A stretch of 62,246 nucleotides of DNA from a virus (taxonomy: Duplodnaviria > Caudoviricetes): the IMG/VR virus record IMGVR_UViG_3300022821_000020, positions 1 to 62,246 of that record. One strand, written 5' to 3'. How positions within the stretch are numbered: the stretch's first letter is position 1; every line of letters begins with the position of its first letter. This document shows, piece after piece, positions 50,238 to 59,801 of the stretch. Position numbers and translations under genes: made by a program. The notes under the pieces are model-generated. The model saw only the letters and a program-made list of their open reading frames with translations, had not been told where the DNA came from and did not search any database.

Positions 50238-51466
50238 ATAAGCATGTCAACTAAAAGGCGCTGCAAGGTTTGTCGGAAACTCCGTGAGTCGAGGGCAATG
50301 CATGTTTCCACAAAGATTTGTCGCCCATGCGGGCAAGGCACGTCTGAAGAAGGCGCAAAACGTGCGAAGTATTGGAACCTTCGAGACACCAATTTTATGT
50401 ATGAATGGGACCTCAGAGGCCAGACGAGGGCAGCGGCCTTCAAAGACCCGCAGCGAGGCGAGCTTCGGCATTCTATGCTCCGACTTGTTCCTATCCCTGA
50501 TGGCGACAGTATACGAGCACAGGATGTCCGTTTGCGCCTGAACTACCATCGGCATGAGTCTTCGCCCTGTTAGTTTGAGGCGTCCAGGAATTAGGGCACA
50601 TAGTTACCTTATGTGACACCAGCTCCAGGGACCCTGCTTCGTTCTAGAACCGATCTTATTGGTACGGGTTTCCCGCATGGTGATAACGTGATCATGAAAG
50701 ATCGGATTTGCATGTTTGTGAAGGTGCGACCCTTTAATGATGTATATTTGCATTATCAGGTCTTAGTGCTGAATTATCATGAACACCCAATCGTAGACGA
50801 TATAATCGTGACTCCAGCCGAGTTTGGTGAGTATTTTCAGGTTTTGGACTTGTCCGAGCACAACTAGGCAGTTAATACTTCGCTCGAATTGCGCTACACT
50901 AATCTTGGAGGTTCGGATGAACAACAAGACGGCAACAAAAACTTTGGAAAAGACAGCGGAAGCATCAGAGATGCTTGGGGAGCTATCTAAGCTCTACGAG
51001 CAGGCAGTTGTAGACAAAAATTACCAGCTGTGTGACATTATTCGCCTAGAAATTCAGCGGTGTATTTTGCAAAAGCCACTTCTGATTCCAGCGGGTCAAA
51101 TTGAGGGGTTTGTTTTAGATCTGTGAACGCTTTTAGTTTGGCGGTATCACGATGGCACAGAAAACACTGAAGCTCAATATCCGTAAAAAGTGGTGTAAAG
51201 ACCATGGCATGTTAGGAGCTTCCTTGGAACGTCTAATGACGTTCTACGATCAGAAAGCCAACAGCCTGCTTGTGAGGTCCGATGGCGATTTTTTGACTAA
51301 ACCTAGGCCCCAAGATAAAGAATATTACGATTATTGCAAAGGGGTGGTTGTGGGCCTCAATATGGCCTGGAAACTAATCTTCGGCACCGATTCAGAAAAG
51401 AACCTAAAACAATAGAAGAAAGGCTTCTTAGACCTAGGTTTAGAGGGCGACATATAGCAAATACGG

Positions 51467-51495
51467 TTCAAATTGTTGGCTCAGTGTGGTATTAT
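51467..51495 (+). promoter_or_regulatory. promoter TTCAAA-N17-TATTAT, ATG 6 nt downstream
   Basis: consensus match. Confidence 0.72.
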
Positions 51496-51501
51496 TAGGG
51501 T

Positions 51502-51654
51502 ATGGATGAAGTACTCATCAACCGTATTCGTGGGGCTCTTGGCCTGGGAATGTCCTTGGACGAGATCGTTCGTCATTTTGTCGACACACCCATGAACCTT
51601 GTTTTCCTGGCATATCACGCTGCAATTATCCTGGAGAACGATATCAATGTCTGA
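51502..51654 (+). CDS. 50-aa hypothetical protein (MDEVLINRIRG...), not in the ORF track
   Basis: ATG at the leaderless position; stop overlaps the next start at 51647. Confidence 0.6.
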   Translation: MDEVLINRIRGALGLGMSLDEIVRHFVDTPMNLVFLAYHAAIILENDINV

Positions 51655-52120
51655 ATCCGTCCACTACCTTATCCTCAGGTGCAAGGACACTGCGGTCAGC
51701 GCAGCCTTTGCCTTCGCAGTTGTCAACAGTGAACATGTGACTGTTTACACCTTGGACCAGGCAGCTAAGTCGCCGTCAGTGGAAGACCGTGTGTCTAAAA
51801 CCACGATGAGTACCGAGGCTGCCCGTGAGGTTTACATTGAATGTTTACGGCAAGGTGCTGTCAGGCGCAATGGTGCAGTGGCAGTGGGCTCCGCTAATGG
51901 CTTCGGAGTCTCTGGAGTCGGCCTAGCTTCGCTTGTTGATGCTGAGACCTGGCGAGATGAGTACTACAAGAGTTATCATCCTGCTGGTTATGGCACTCGG
52001 GTGCACTTTGTTGATCTAGGTGATAGTATGGTGGCATTTCGCTATCAGCGTGCCAACTCTTGTGACTGATGCCGAGACTTTAGGGAATACAGTGTCTGCT
52101 CTCTAAGTTTGTAGGTGAAA

Positions 52121-52675
52121 ATGAACAACAAGTCAAATAAACCTGTGTGCCTCGAAGACAACACTGGAACCAAGCGTTGGTACCTAGGTACCAACTTGCA
52201 CAGGACCGATGGTCCTGCCCTTGAATATGTTAATGGCTTGAAAAAATGGTTTCAGAATGGTAGGTTGCACAGGACCGATGGTCCTGCAATTGAAAAAGCT
52301 GATGGAACCAAACATTGGTATCTGGATGACAAGTTGCACAGGACCGATGGTCCTGCAATTGAAAAAGCTGATGGAACCAAACATTGGTATCTGGATGGTC
52401 AGAGACACAGGACCGATGGCCCTGCTACCGAGCTTTCGGATGGTTCGAAGGAATGGTTTCTGGATGATAAAAGACACAGGACCGATGGTCCTGCGGTTGA
52501 ATGTTTTGATGGAACCAAACATTGGTATCTAAATGGTAAGAAACACAGGACCGATGGTCCTGCTGTTGAATATCGTGGTGGAACAAAGTGTTGGTACCTT
52601 TTCGGAGAAAAGTACGAAGACCTGGAACTTTGGAGAGTAACCTCGGAGATGTTCACTCAACTGTTTCCTGAATAA
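52121..52675 (+). CDS. HRTDGPA repeat protein E (6 cores)
   Basis: modules plus C-cap. Confidence 0.9.
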   Translation: MNNKSNKPVCLEDNTGTKRWYLGTNLHRTDGPALEYVNGLKKWFQNGRLHRTDGPAIEKADGTKHWYLDDKLHRTDGPAIEKADGTKHWYLDGQRHRTDGPATELSDGSKEWFLDDKRHRTDGPAVECFDGTKHWYLNGKKHRTDGPAVEYRGGTKCWYLFGEKYEDLELWRVTSEMFTQLFPE

Positions 52676-52685
52676 CATAAAATAG

Positions 52686-52714
52686 TTCAAAGCCATCTCC
52701 AAATGTGGTAGAAT
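52686..52714 (+). promoter_or_regulatory. promoter TTCAAA-N17-TAGAAT, ATG 6 nt downstream
   Basis: consensus match. Confidence 0.72.
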
Positions 52715-52926
52715 AAAACAATGGGCAGCAGCTTCAAAGCAGGGTACGGTCAGGCCAAGGCCGATACATTGATGGCAATTACCGAGGCAATAAAGCTGTT
52801 GCACCGTGAGATGCACTCGTCCGAGCCTGGTTTCAAGCCGACCTCGGAGCAGAAAAAAGAGCTTCGGCGCAAAATTGATGTCATGCGATGGGTAAGGTCC
52901 ATCGTCAAGGCACAGAGGAGTCCAAG

Positions 52927-53472
52927 ATGAATGAAGTCAAGTATGATCCTGAGTGTGCGATCTCTCAGTCCTACCTCGCAGGCGAGGTTCTCGTTCGCCT
53001 GGTCAGGTGTGGGTTCAAGGAAATCGACCCAGGTCCCAAGTGCATGGAGCGGGTTTTTGAGCGTCCCCGTAACGACGATGCGGACATCCGAGTGGTGGTA
53101 TTCACCAGCATTCACAAGACCAAGGGTCTAGTCCGAGGCAAGGGGCACGACGCCATTCGTGTCTGTCTCGTTCGACGTACCAAGAATGGTACCGATCGTG
53201 GCCTTGTCAAGGCCAAGCGAGTCAACCGTGTCGGTCTGGTCAGCGCCATTTGTGATCGTATGCACGAGCGCATGCGTGACTGCTGGCGTGCACTCAGGGA
53301 TGTCAAGTCCTGTCACAACTGTGATTCTCCCATGTTTATTACGAAAAAGGGTAAGCCGTGTTGCTCAGAACTTTGCTTCAAAAACAAGTCGGCTTATAAG
53401 GCAAAGCCTTCTAGAGCGGGCCACGGACGTCGTCACCAAACTTCAGCAACAATGCAGAATCGGAATTACTAA
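52927..53472 (+). CDS. hypothetical phage protein with C-terminal zinc finger
   Basis: TSI...RG.G.DAIRV...KRVNR; CHNC...CCSELC. Confidence 0.6.
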   Translation: MNEVKYDPECAISQSYLAGEVLVRLVRCGFKEIDPGPKCMERVFERPRNDDADIRVVVFTSIHKTKGLVRGKGHDAIRVCLVRRTKNGTDRGLVKAKRVNRVGLVSAICDRMHERMRDCWRALRDVKSCHNCDSPMFITKKGKPCCSELCFKNKSAYKAKPSRAGHGRRHQTSATMQNRNY

Positions 53473-54848
53473 TGAATTTTCGTGAAACACTCAAGCCTGG
53501 AACAGCAGCCTTTACGAGTCGTGAACTTGTCTTTTATAAGAAACACGACTCCTGGGTGACTACAGAGTTTCCAGCAGATACCACCATGATGATCTGGGGA
53601 TTTAGACGCTTCACGGACGAAATTGATCCTGCAACCATGATTGAGATTGAGTTTCTACACAACTCAGATTTGTGGTGTCTCGCTATCCCGCATGGCGATG
53701 TCCTCGAAAATTACTTTACCTTTGCCTGAAAGGCATAATACATGCATACGCTAAATATCGCCTACTATGAGAGCCTTCAGGCAAGGGAACTCCATGTCCA
53801 GATTTCCAAAAATGAGGGAAGGTGCTGTCACCGTCCATTTGGATTTTTCTGTGAGGTGACGCTGCCGATCGTTCCTCATGCAGGAGACAGAATCTTTCTC
53901 CACCTCCCAACTGAATATGCGTCCTTCTTCCGCCAAAGCAGAATCAGTGATGACGGTCGAGTTGAAGTTGTTGGCGAAGTCAAATTTATTGAGCTTCAGG
54001 ACGGACAAAAGGAAATGACAGTTCACGTAACCGAACCTGGGTGCGGGCCTTACGGCTCCCCAGATTATTTGTCCGAGTAATTGTTGGTGATTCAACACCA
54101 ATGACCTGAAATATTTGCCAGGCATCGTTTACATGCCTTGAAATACTTACTGACATGGAAGATATGACCGAACCTGATACAGAAACAACAGCGGATGAGG
54201 CACCGCATACGACGGCAGGGACCTCAGCGACGCCCGAGGCAGCTTTGACACAAGTTAGTTTTTTCGATAAAGCTAAATACGCTGACCAACGTCAAAAGGG
54301 TGGTCGTTGGGCACCTGCGTTTCCAGAAACGAATACCGACAAACAAGAGGCGTATTTCCTGCGAATGCTGAAGCGGGACGAAGAGCTGAATTTGGGCTAA
54401 ACCAGTTCAGATAACCAAAAACTAGTGTTACGCTCACATGAAGGTAGAGCTGCATGAGTGGACCATACGACCCATATCCGATCGATCATTCTATAGCGTA
54501 TTCAGACGTCTGCTCCTGGGCTAATGATGAGCCTTATGCGAGCAGACCAAAGCTTGCTACGCTTGACAAGGCCCTGAAACACGCCCAATTTCTGGAGGAT
54601 TACTACATCGTCCGAAAGATCAGAGAGGCTTACGCAATCTGGGAGGACATAGAAATAACTCCCACACCCCGTGACTGCCATCCACCACCAAGCCCAGAGG
54701 CCTTGGCTATGGAAAGCGAGCTTACAAGGCGCTTTCAGGTTTTTCGACGGCCAGGCAGTGAAGTCCAAGTGTTTGAAACGGATTTGTTGGGTGTGAGTAC
54801 CAAGGTCTATTCGCCTCTCATGGACGAGAACAACTAAATTGAAAATGG

Positions 54849-54877
54849 TTTAAATCCCTAAAATATGCGTGTAGGAT
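54849..54877 (+). promoter_or_regulatory. promoter TTTAAA-N17-TAGGAT
   Basis: variant of the consensus. Confidence 0.55.
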
Positions 54878-54885
54878 ACTGCTAT

Positions 54886-54907
54886 CACACACACACACAC
54901 ACACACA
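54886..54907 (+). repeat. (CA)11 dinucleotide tract in the predicted 5' UTR of ORF 54928
   Basis: direct reading. Confidence 0.95.
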
Positions 54908-55855
54908 GACAGAAAGAGTGAGAGAAAATGTCAAACAAGCTAACCACAGACCAAGAAATGTTTATCCGTGAGGCTGAACTGGAGAGTCTTACAGTTGACA
55001 AGAAATTTAGCGGGCCTTTCATGGAAACCGTAACATGCCCCGCAGTTCGTGTTGCATCCCTGAAAACATTCAAGACAAATGCTCGGGGCGCACAGTGGAC
55101 AAAGGACGGGGACACCTACATCATATACTGTCCACCCACCTATTGGGGTTGAAATTTGCTAAAAAACAGTTGATCGCCCGAAGTATTTTTGCAAGGGTGG
55201 ATATTGCGTTACCGAACAGGCCTTAATCGGTCTATACCGCTTCATCACGCCTTTTCCTTTGTTTGATGAGCCTGAACATTATTCGCACGCCCAGGTGAAT
55301 AATGCACCTGGGCGTGAGCAATATGCAATAATGACTGGAAGGTCTCTTTTGTCAAATGGCGTCAGGGTGGCAGTTGAAATTATTGCCACACACAAAGGCC
55401 ACACGAGGGTATGTTGGACAGTTGAAGGTGCACTTAGCCCAGTGACTACTGAGGAGTTATCGGCAGGATCCTTGTGATGGTAGCGATAATATCTCTTGCG
55501 CCGACCACATGATTCCTGACCAGACCCTTGTCAAGCCTTCCTTCGTTCTTTAGGCACAGCAGAAAAGTCTGCTCAGCCCAATCATGGTAATTTTCCAAGA
55601 CCTTCAGAAGGCTAAGACTTTGTGTTTTGTCATGGTTTTGGTAAACTCAGTTTTGATCTTAAAGTCTACATGGATGACATTTTGAGGCGTTTGTGCCGAA
55701 CCCTTCTCTTCATTGGAAAGATAGCGGTCGATAGCGTTGAGTAGATCTCCAACCGCCTCAGCTTCTTTGCTCATGGCCTGTAGATCTTCGTCTGTATAAA
55801 GTGTTGTAGTCATGATAAAATCAGTATCGGCTCATTTATGAACAATGGCTGAAAC

Positions 55856-55884
55856 AAGAAAACCTGGCTAAGCCAGGTTTTCTT
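55856..55884. terminator. bidirectional terminator-like hairpin
   Basis: AAGAAAACCTGGC-TAA-GCCAGGTTTTCTT just downstream of the minus-strand ORF ending at 55901. Confidence 0.75.
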
Positions 55885-56547
55885 TTTGTCTTTACTCAAC
55901 TTAGAGTTCAAATATCACACATTTATCGTCGTCGACGTCTTCATTGTGTTCAGGAGGTTTTTCCTGGTGTTGTTCTTGTTCAATTGGTTTCCACTTCCGT
56001 GGACGAATCGGAAGCTCCAAGACCAATGGCTTGTAGGTTACTTTACGTTCATTCTGGTGCTTCTGCTGTTCAATCAGCCACTTCCAGAATCCAGGGTCGT
56101 TATCGTATTCCATTGACCTCTCAAGTAAGTATGGCTTATGCAACCCCGAATCCCCAAGACAACAAATCATCCTTAGAGGTAAAGTTTGAAATACGCTTAA
56201 ACCACATTTCACCTTGTTGCCGTGTTTCTAAGTCAAGTTCCATCCCACAGTCGTCCGCACCTCAAACACAAACACGCCAGCCAGTAAACTCCATCTGTTT
56301 TGTCTTTTTACTGTATCGCCCCATATGGATTAGCGAGACTTTGACCATTTCACCATCCTGACTAGGTTCACCAGAGGTATTGTAGTTAGGGTGCCAGTCG
56401 TCTACTGTGAAAATCCATTTTTCCTGTCGAAAGGCCCTCATCCTAAAGAGGGCTTCTCTCGGGTAAACAGTCATATCTGGCTTCCGAGTTCGCCGCCGTA
56501 CGTTAGCTAATATTTTATTTTCATGTGACATGTTTAGCCCTTACTAC

Positions 56548-57117
56548 TCATTCTTCGCCCTCAAACCTAGGGAACAGAAGGACAAACATCTCGGAGGCAA
56601 CTCTCCAAAGTTCCAGGTCTTCGTACTTTTCTCCGAAAAGGTACCAACACTTTGTTCCACCACGATATTCAACAGCAGGACCATCGGTCCTGTGTCTCTT
56701 ATCATTCAGAAACCAATGTTTCTCTCCATCAGGATATTCAAGGGCAGGGCCATCGGTCCTGTGTCTCTTATCATTCAGAAACCAATGTTTCTCTCCATCA
56801 GGTCTTTCAAGGGCAGGGCCATCGGTCCTGTGTCTCTGACCATCCAGAAACCAATGTTTGGTTCCATCAGGATATTCAACCGCAGGACCATCGGTCCTGT
56901 GCAACTTACCATCCAGAAACCAATGTTTCTCTCCATCAGGTCTTTCAACAGCAGGACCATCGGTCCTGTGAAGAACACCATTCAGGTGCCAATGCTTGGT
57001 TCCATCAGAATATTCAATTGCAGGACCATCGGCCCTGTGTCTTTTACCATTCAAGAACCACTCCTTCGAACCATCAGAATGCTCCCTGCACTCAGGCTTC
57101 TCAGATTTACTGTTCAT
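56548..57117 (-). CDS. HRTDGPA repeat protein F (6 cores)
   Basis: modules plus C-cap. Confidence 0.9.
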   Translation of the reverse strand: MNSKSEKPECREHSDGSKEWFLNGKRHRADGPAIEYSDGTKHWHLNGVLHRTDGPAVERPDGEKHWFLDGKLHRTDGPAVEYPDGTKHWFLDGQRHRTDGPALERPDGEKHWFLNDKRHRTDGPALEYPDGEKHWFLNDKRHRTDGPAVEYRGGTKCWYLFGEKYEDLELWRVASEMFVLLFPRFEGEE

Positions 57118-57614
57118 TCTTCACCCTCAAACCTAGGGAACAGAAGGACAAACATTTCGGAGGTCACCCTCCAAAGTTCCAGGTCTTCGTACTTTTCTCC
57201 GAAAAGGTACCAACAATTTGTTCTATAAGGATATTCACAAGCAGGACCATCGGCCCTGTGTCTTTTACCATCCAGAAACCAATGTTTGGTTCCATCAGGA
57301 TATTCAATTGCAGGACCATCGGTCCTGTGCAACTTGTCATCCAGGTACCAATGTTTGGTTCCATCAGGATATTCAATTGCAGGACCATCGGTCCTGTGCA
57401 ACTTGTCATCCAGATACCAATGTTTGGTTCCATCAGCATACTCGACAGCAGGACCATCGGTCCTGTGGAACTTACCATTCTGACACCATTCTTTCGTTCC
57501 ATCAGGATATTCAACCGCAGGACCATCGGTCCTGTGTCTCTTATCATTCAGGCACCAATATTTCCTTCCATCGGCATGCTCGTAATACATGGACTTGCCC
57601 GACTTAGCGCTCAT
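57114..57614 (-). CDS. HRTDGPA repeat protein G (5 cores)
   Basis: MSAKSG start with ATGA overlap; modules plus C-cap. Confidence 0.9.
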   Translation of the reverse strand: MSAKSGKSMYYEHADGRKYWCLNDKRHRTDGPAVEYPDGTKEWCQNGKFHRTDGPAVEYADGTKHWYLDDKLHRTDGPAIEYPDGTKHWYLDDKLHRTDGPAIEYPDGTKHWFLDGKRHRADGPACEYPYRTNCWYLFGEKYEDLELWRVTSEMFVLLFPRFEGEE

Positions 57615-57905
57615 CCCTGTATCTTCCCGCCTTCTGGCTGAACCATTGCCCATTCCCATGTGCCATAGTTCCAACAAGTTTTTTCCCAACGTAGCCGCTT
57701 GACATGCTTTTCTTCATCCTTGCGAAATTCTTTGAACATGGTCACGAGTTCCTGGTCTTTGTTTTTGTACGCCTGTCCAACTGCCTTTTTATAATAGGCA
57801 ACTCTTTGCTCAGTTGCATGAATCATACGACCCAGCACCTTGGGCCAAGGGTCATAGACTACAATGGTTTTACGAACAACAACCGTTTTATCGAGGTTTG
57901 CCACT

Positions 57906-58607
57906 TTATACTACTCCTGGGTTCACAATTGAGATTTTGGAGGCGCACTTTTTACAACGATAAATCTTGCCTTCGCTGATTTTACCATGCATTTTCTTCG
58001 TTACGTGGTGTGTCTTACAACGACACCAGACCTCAACACGGCCCACTGGAGCCACTGAATGACATCGCTTGGGCACGGTGCCTGAACGACGCATAATACG
58101 TTTCCAGGAAGGTCCGTGCGCCGCACCCTTTGTGTAAGTACCATTATGGTAGTCTACAATGTGGGCACACTCGTGAAAAACTGTCTGGCGCTGCTGCTCA
58201 GGTGTAGCTCGCTTGAAAAGTCGTGGAGCAAACTCCATCTTGGTGGGTTTGGTCACACCGTTAAAAATACGATAGTGAGCCAGGCCCATTGTGGCGGTCA
58301 GTCTCGAATTCCAGTGCCACGGGACTTTTCCAATCAGTTCTGGGCTGCCCATTTTTGTAAATGCCTCTGAAATCCAAGCCGACATTTGCCCGTGAAGGCC
58401 CTGAATAGCTCGTGGAGCGGCGCCACCCTTTTGCTTTGGTGAGCGCCCACCAAGAAGTGCAGGCATCTCTCTGAGGCCCTCAGCTCGCTCCACAGGTTCT
58501 TCTATGGCGGCGAGAGTGCGTGGGGGGAGTGGGAGACGGCGTCCGACTCGACCTTTTCCTTTGCGCTTGGGGAGCCTTTGAATTCTTTTTGGAGGAGGAA
58601 TAGCCAT
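57906..58607 (-). CDS. SprT-like zinc metalloprotease domain protein
   Basis: WNSRL..T.G.A, TVFHECAH, HGPSWK, YRC..C. Confidence 0.85.
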   Translation of the reverse strand: MAIPPPKRIQRLPKRKGKGRVGRRLPLPPRTLAAIEEPVERAEGLREMPALLGGRSPKQKGGAAPRAIQGLHGQMSAWISEAFTKMGSPELIGKVPWHWNSRLTATMGLAHYRIFNGVTKPTKMEFAPRLFKRATPEQQRQTVFHECAHIVDYHNGTYTKGAAHGPSWKRIMRRSGTVPKRCHSVAPVGRVEVWCRCKTHHVTKKMHGKISEGKIYRCKKCASKISIVNPGVV

Positions 58608-58626
58608 TGTCTCGCCTTTCCTCCCA

Positions 58627-58655
58627 ATAGTACCACGTCGGCCCAAGAATTTGAA
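58627..58655 (-). promoter_or_regulatory. promoter TTCAAA-N17-TACTAT driving the SprT-like gene cluster
   Basis: minus-strand consensus match, GGAGG downstream. Confidence 0.7.
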
Positions 58656-58680
58656 CCCAATATTGAAAATAGGAATTAGG

Positions 58681-58709
58681 TTCAAAACTAGCCTTGGTTG
58701 AGGTATAAT
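58681..58709 (+). promoter_or_regulatory. promoter TTCAAA-N17-TATAAT, ATG 6 nt downstream (58716)
   Basis: consensus match; divergent from the previous promoter. Confidence 0.75.
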
Positions 58710-58946
58710 GTAGGTATGACAAGCGGCGAACAGAACACCTTGGCAAACCTCAAAAATGCCCTTGGAAGGGCGCAAGAGGACTTGCGACGAGTTGAAATTG
58801 CCGAGCAGGATCAAGCATCTCAGCGTTGCAAGACAAACGCAAATGGTGAGCTGACGTATGCACTAGCACTTCTAAGGCTCCTGGAGGACTGACAGCGTTG
58901 GTAACGTTGGGCATGTTCCTAAACCAAACTAATCTTGGTTACTAAT

Positions 58947-59104
58947 ATGAGTAAAAATTTCGACAAGCTTGTGTGTCTCAAAGACGGCAATGGAACGAAG
59001 CGTTGGTACCTGAATGGTATGAAGACCTGGAACTTTGGAGGGTGACCTCTGAGATGTTTAGTTCCCTGTTTCCGTCCACAGAAGATATACACCTGGAAGA
59101 ATAA
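58947..59104 (+). pseudogene. collapsed HRTDGPA-family gene H (N-cap fused out of frame to C-cap, zero repeats)
   Basis: MSKNFDKLVCLKDGNGTKRWYLNG, then in another frame YEDLELWRVTSEMFSSLFP...EE*. Confidence 0.88.
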
Positions 59105-59105
59105 G

Positions 59106-59798
59106 ATGGTAGTCTCAATTTACAACTGTTGGTTTTGCGAAAAACCATTGGCACAATCTAAACCTAAACTGAAAGGGAAGAAAAGGGCAAAAACTCCTTT
59201 TTCAGTTACCACCTTTTATTGTGATACTAGCTGCAAAAGCAAGTACGACAAAGCCTTGGAGGAAGTCCAGCGGCCATATCGCCAATGGTCAGACTACATG
59301 TGTGGTGAACGGGAGAAGCCTCCGAGAAAGCTCAAAGAGCTAGCTAAGAAGATTGGCTGGCCAAAAGACTTGGTTACTGAGGAAGATACGGAAGACACCC
59401 CTGTTGTCAAGTCATCAGGCCGTAAGTGCGGCAAGTGTGGTGAACGTGGGCACAATGCCCGCACATGCGGGACACAAAAGCAAACTCCAGAGAAGAAGGC
59501 GGTCGCCAAGGCCATTTCGGCTCCCCCTAAAAGGGTTATGAAAAAGAGCAGGGGCAAAAAGGCGCAGCCAAAAAGAAGGGTTATCAGTAAAAAGAAGGCA
59601 GCAAAGCAGCGCCAGTACCGCTGTGGCCTCTGTGACAGAGCAGGACACAATGCACGTAGCTGTGACCGCCGACCATTAGAACCAGGTGAATTTGAACCAA
59701 AGCTTCTGAAGGCAAGCAAGGTCGGAAAATACAAGTGTGGCAAGTGCCACCAAATCGGACACAATGCACGTACGTGTGTAGAAAGCAACAGGAAGTAA
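59106..59798 (+). CDS. basic protein with three CCHC zinc knuckles
   Basis: CxxCxxxGHNAR(T/S)C three times plus an N-terminal Cys cluster. Confidence 0.85.
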   Translation: MVVSIYNCWFCEKPLAQSKPKLKGKKRAKTPFSVTTFYCDTSCKSKYDKALEEVQRPYRQWSDYMCGEREKPPRKLKELAKKIGWPKDLVTEEDTEDTPVVKSSGRKCGKCGERGHNARTCGTQKQTPEKKAVAKAISAPPKRVMKKSRGKKAQPKRRVISKKKAAKQRQYRCGLCDRAGHNARSCDRRPLEPGEFEPKLLKASKVGKYKCGKCHQIGHNARTCVESNRK

Positions 59799-59801
59799 AA
59801 T

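Noticed and set aside
23841-57540. CRISPR array interpretation of the palindromic repeats at 69-nt period
   Set aside because: The spacers are homologous to each other, keep the reading frame and encode conserved W/K/G residues; no cas genes or leader are visible.
56530-57641. Long antisense and alternative-frame ORFs over the repeat genes (e.g. 232 aa and 329 aa)
   Set aside because: Shadows produced by tandem repetition of a stop-free, partly palindromic unit; no independent start signals.
52121-59104. Diversity-generating retroelement (template/variable repeat) explanation for the repeat variation
   Set aside because: No reverse transcriptase in the window and the differences are not obviously adenine-restricted; cannot be excluded for the rest of the genome.
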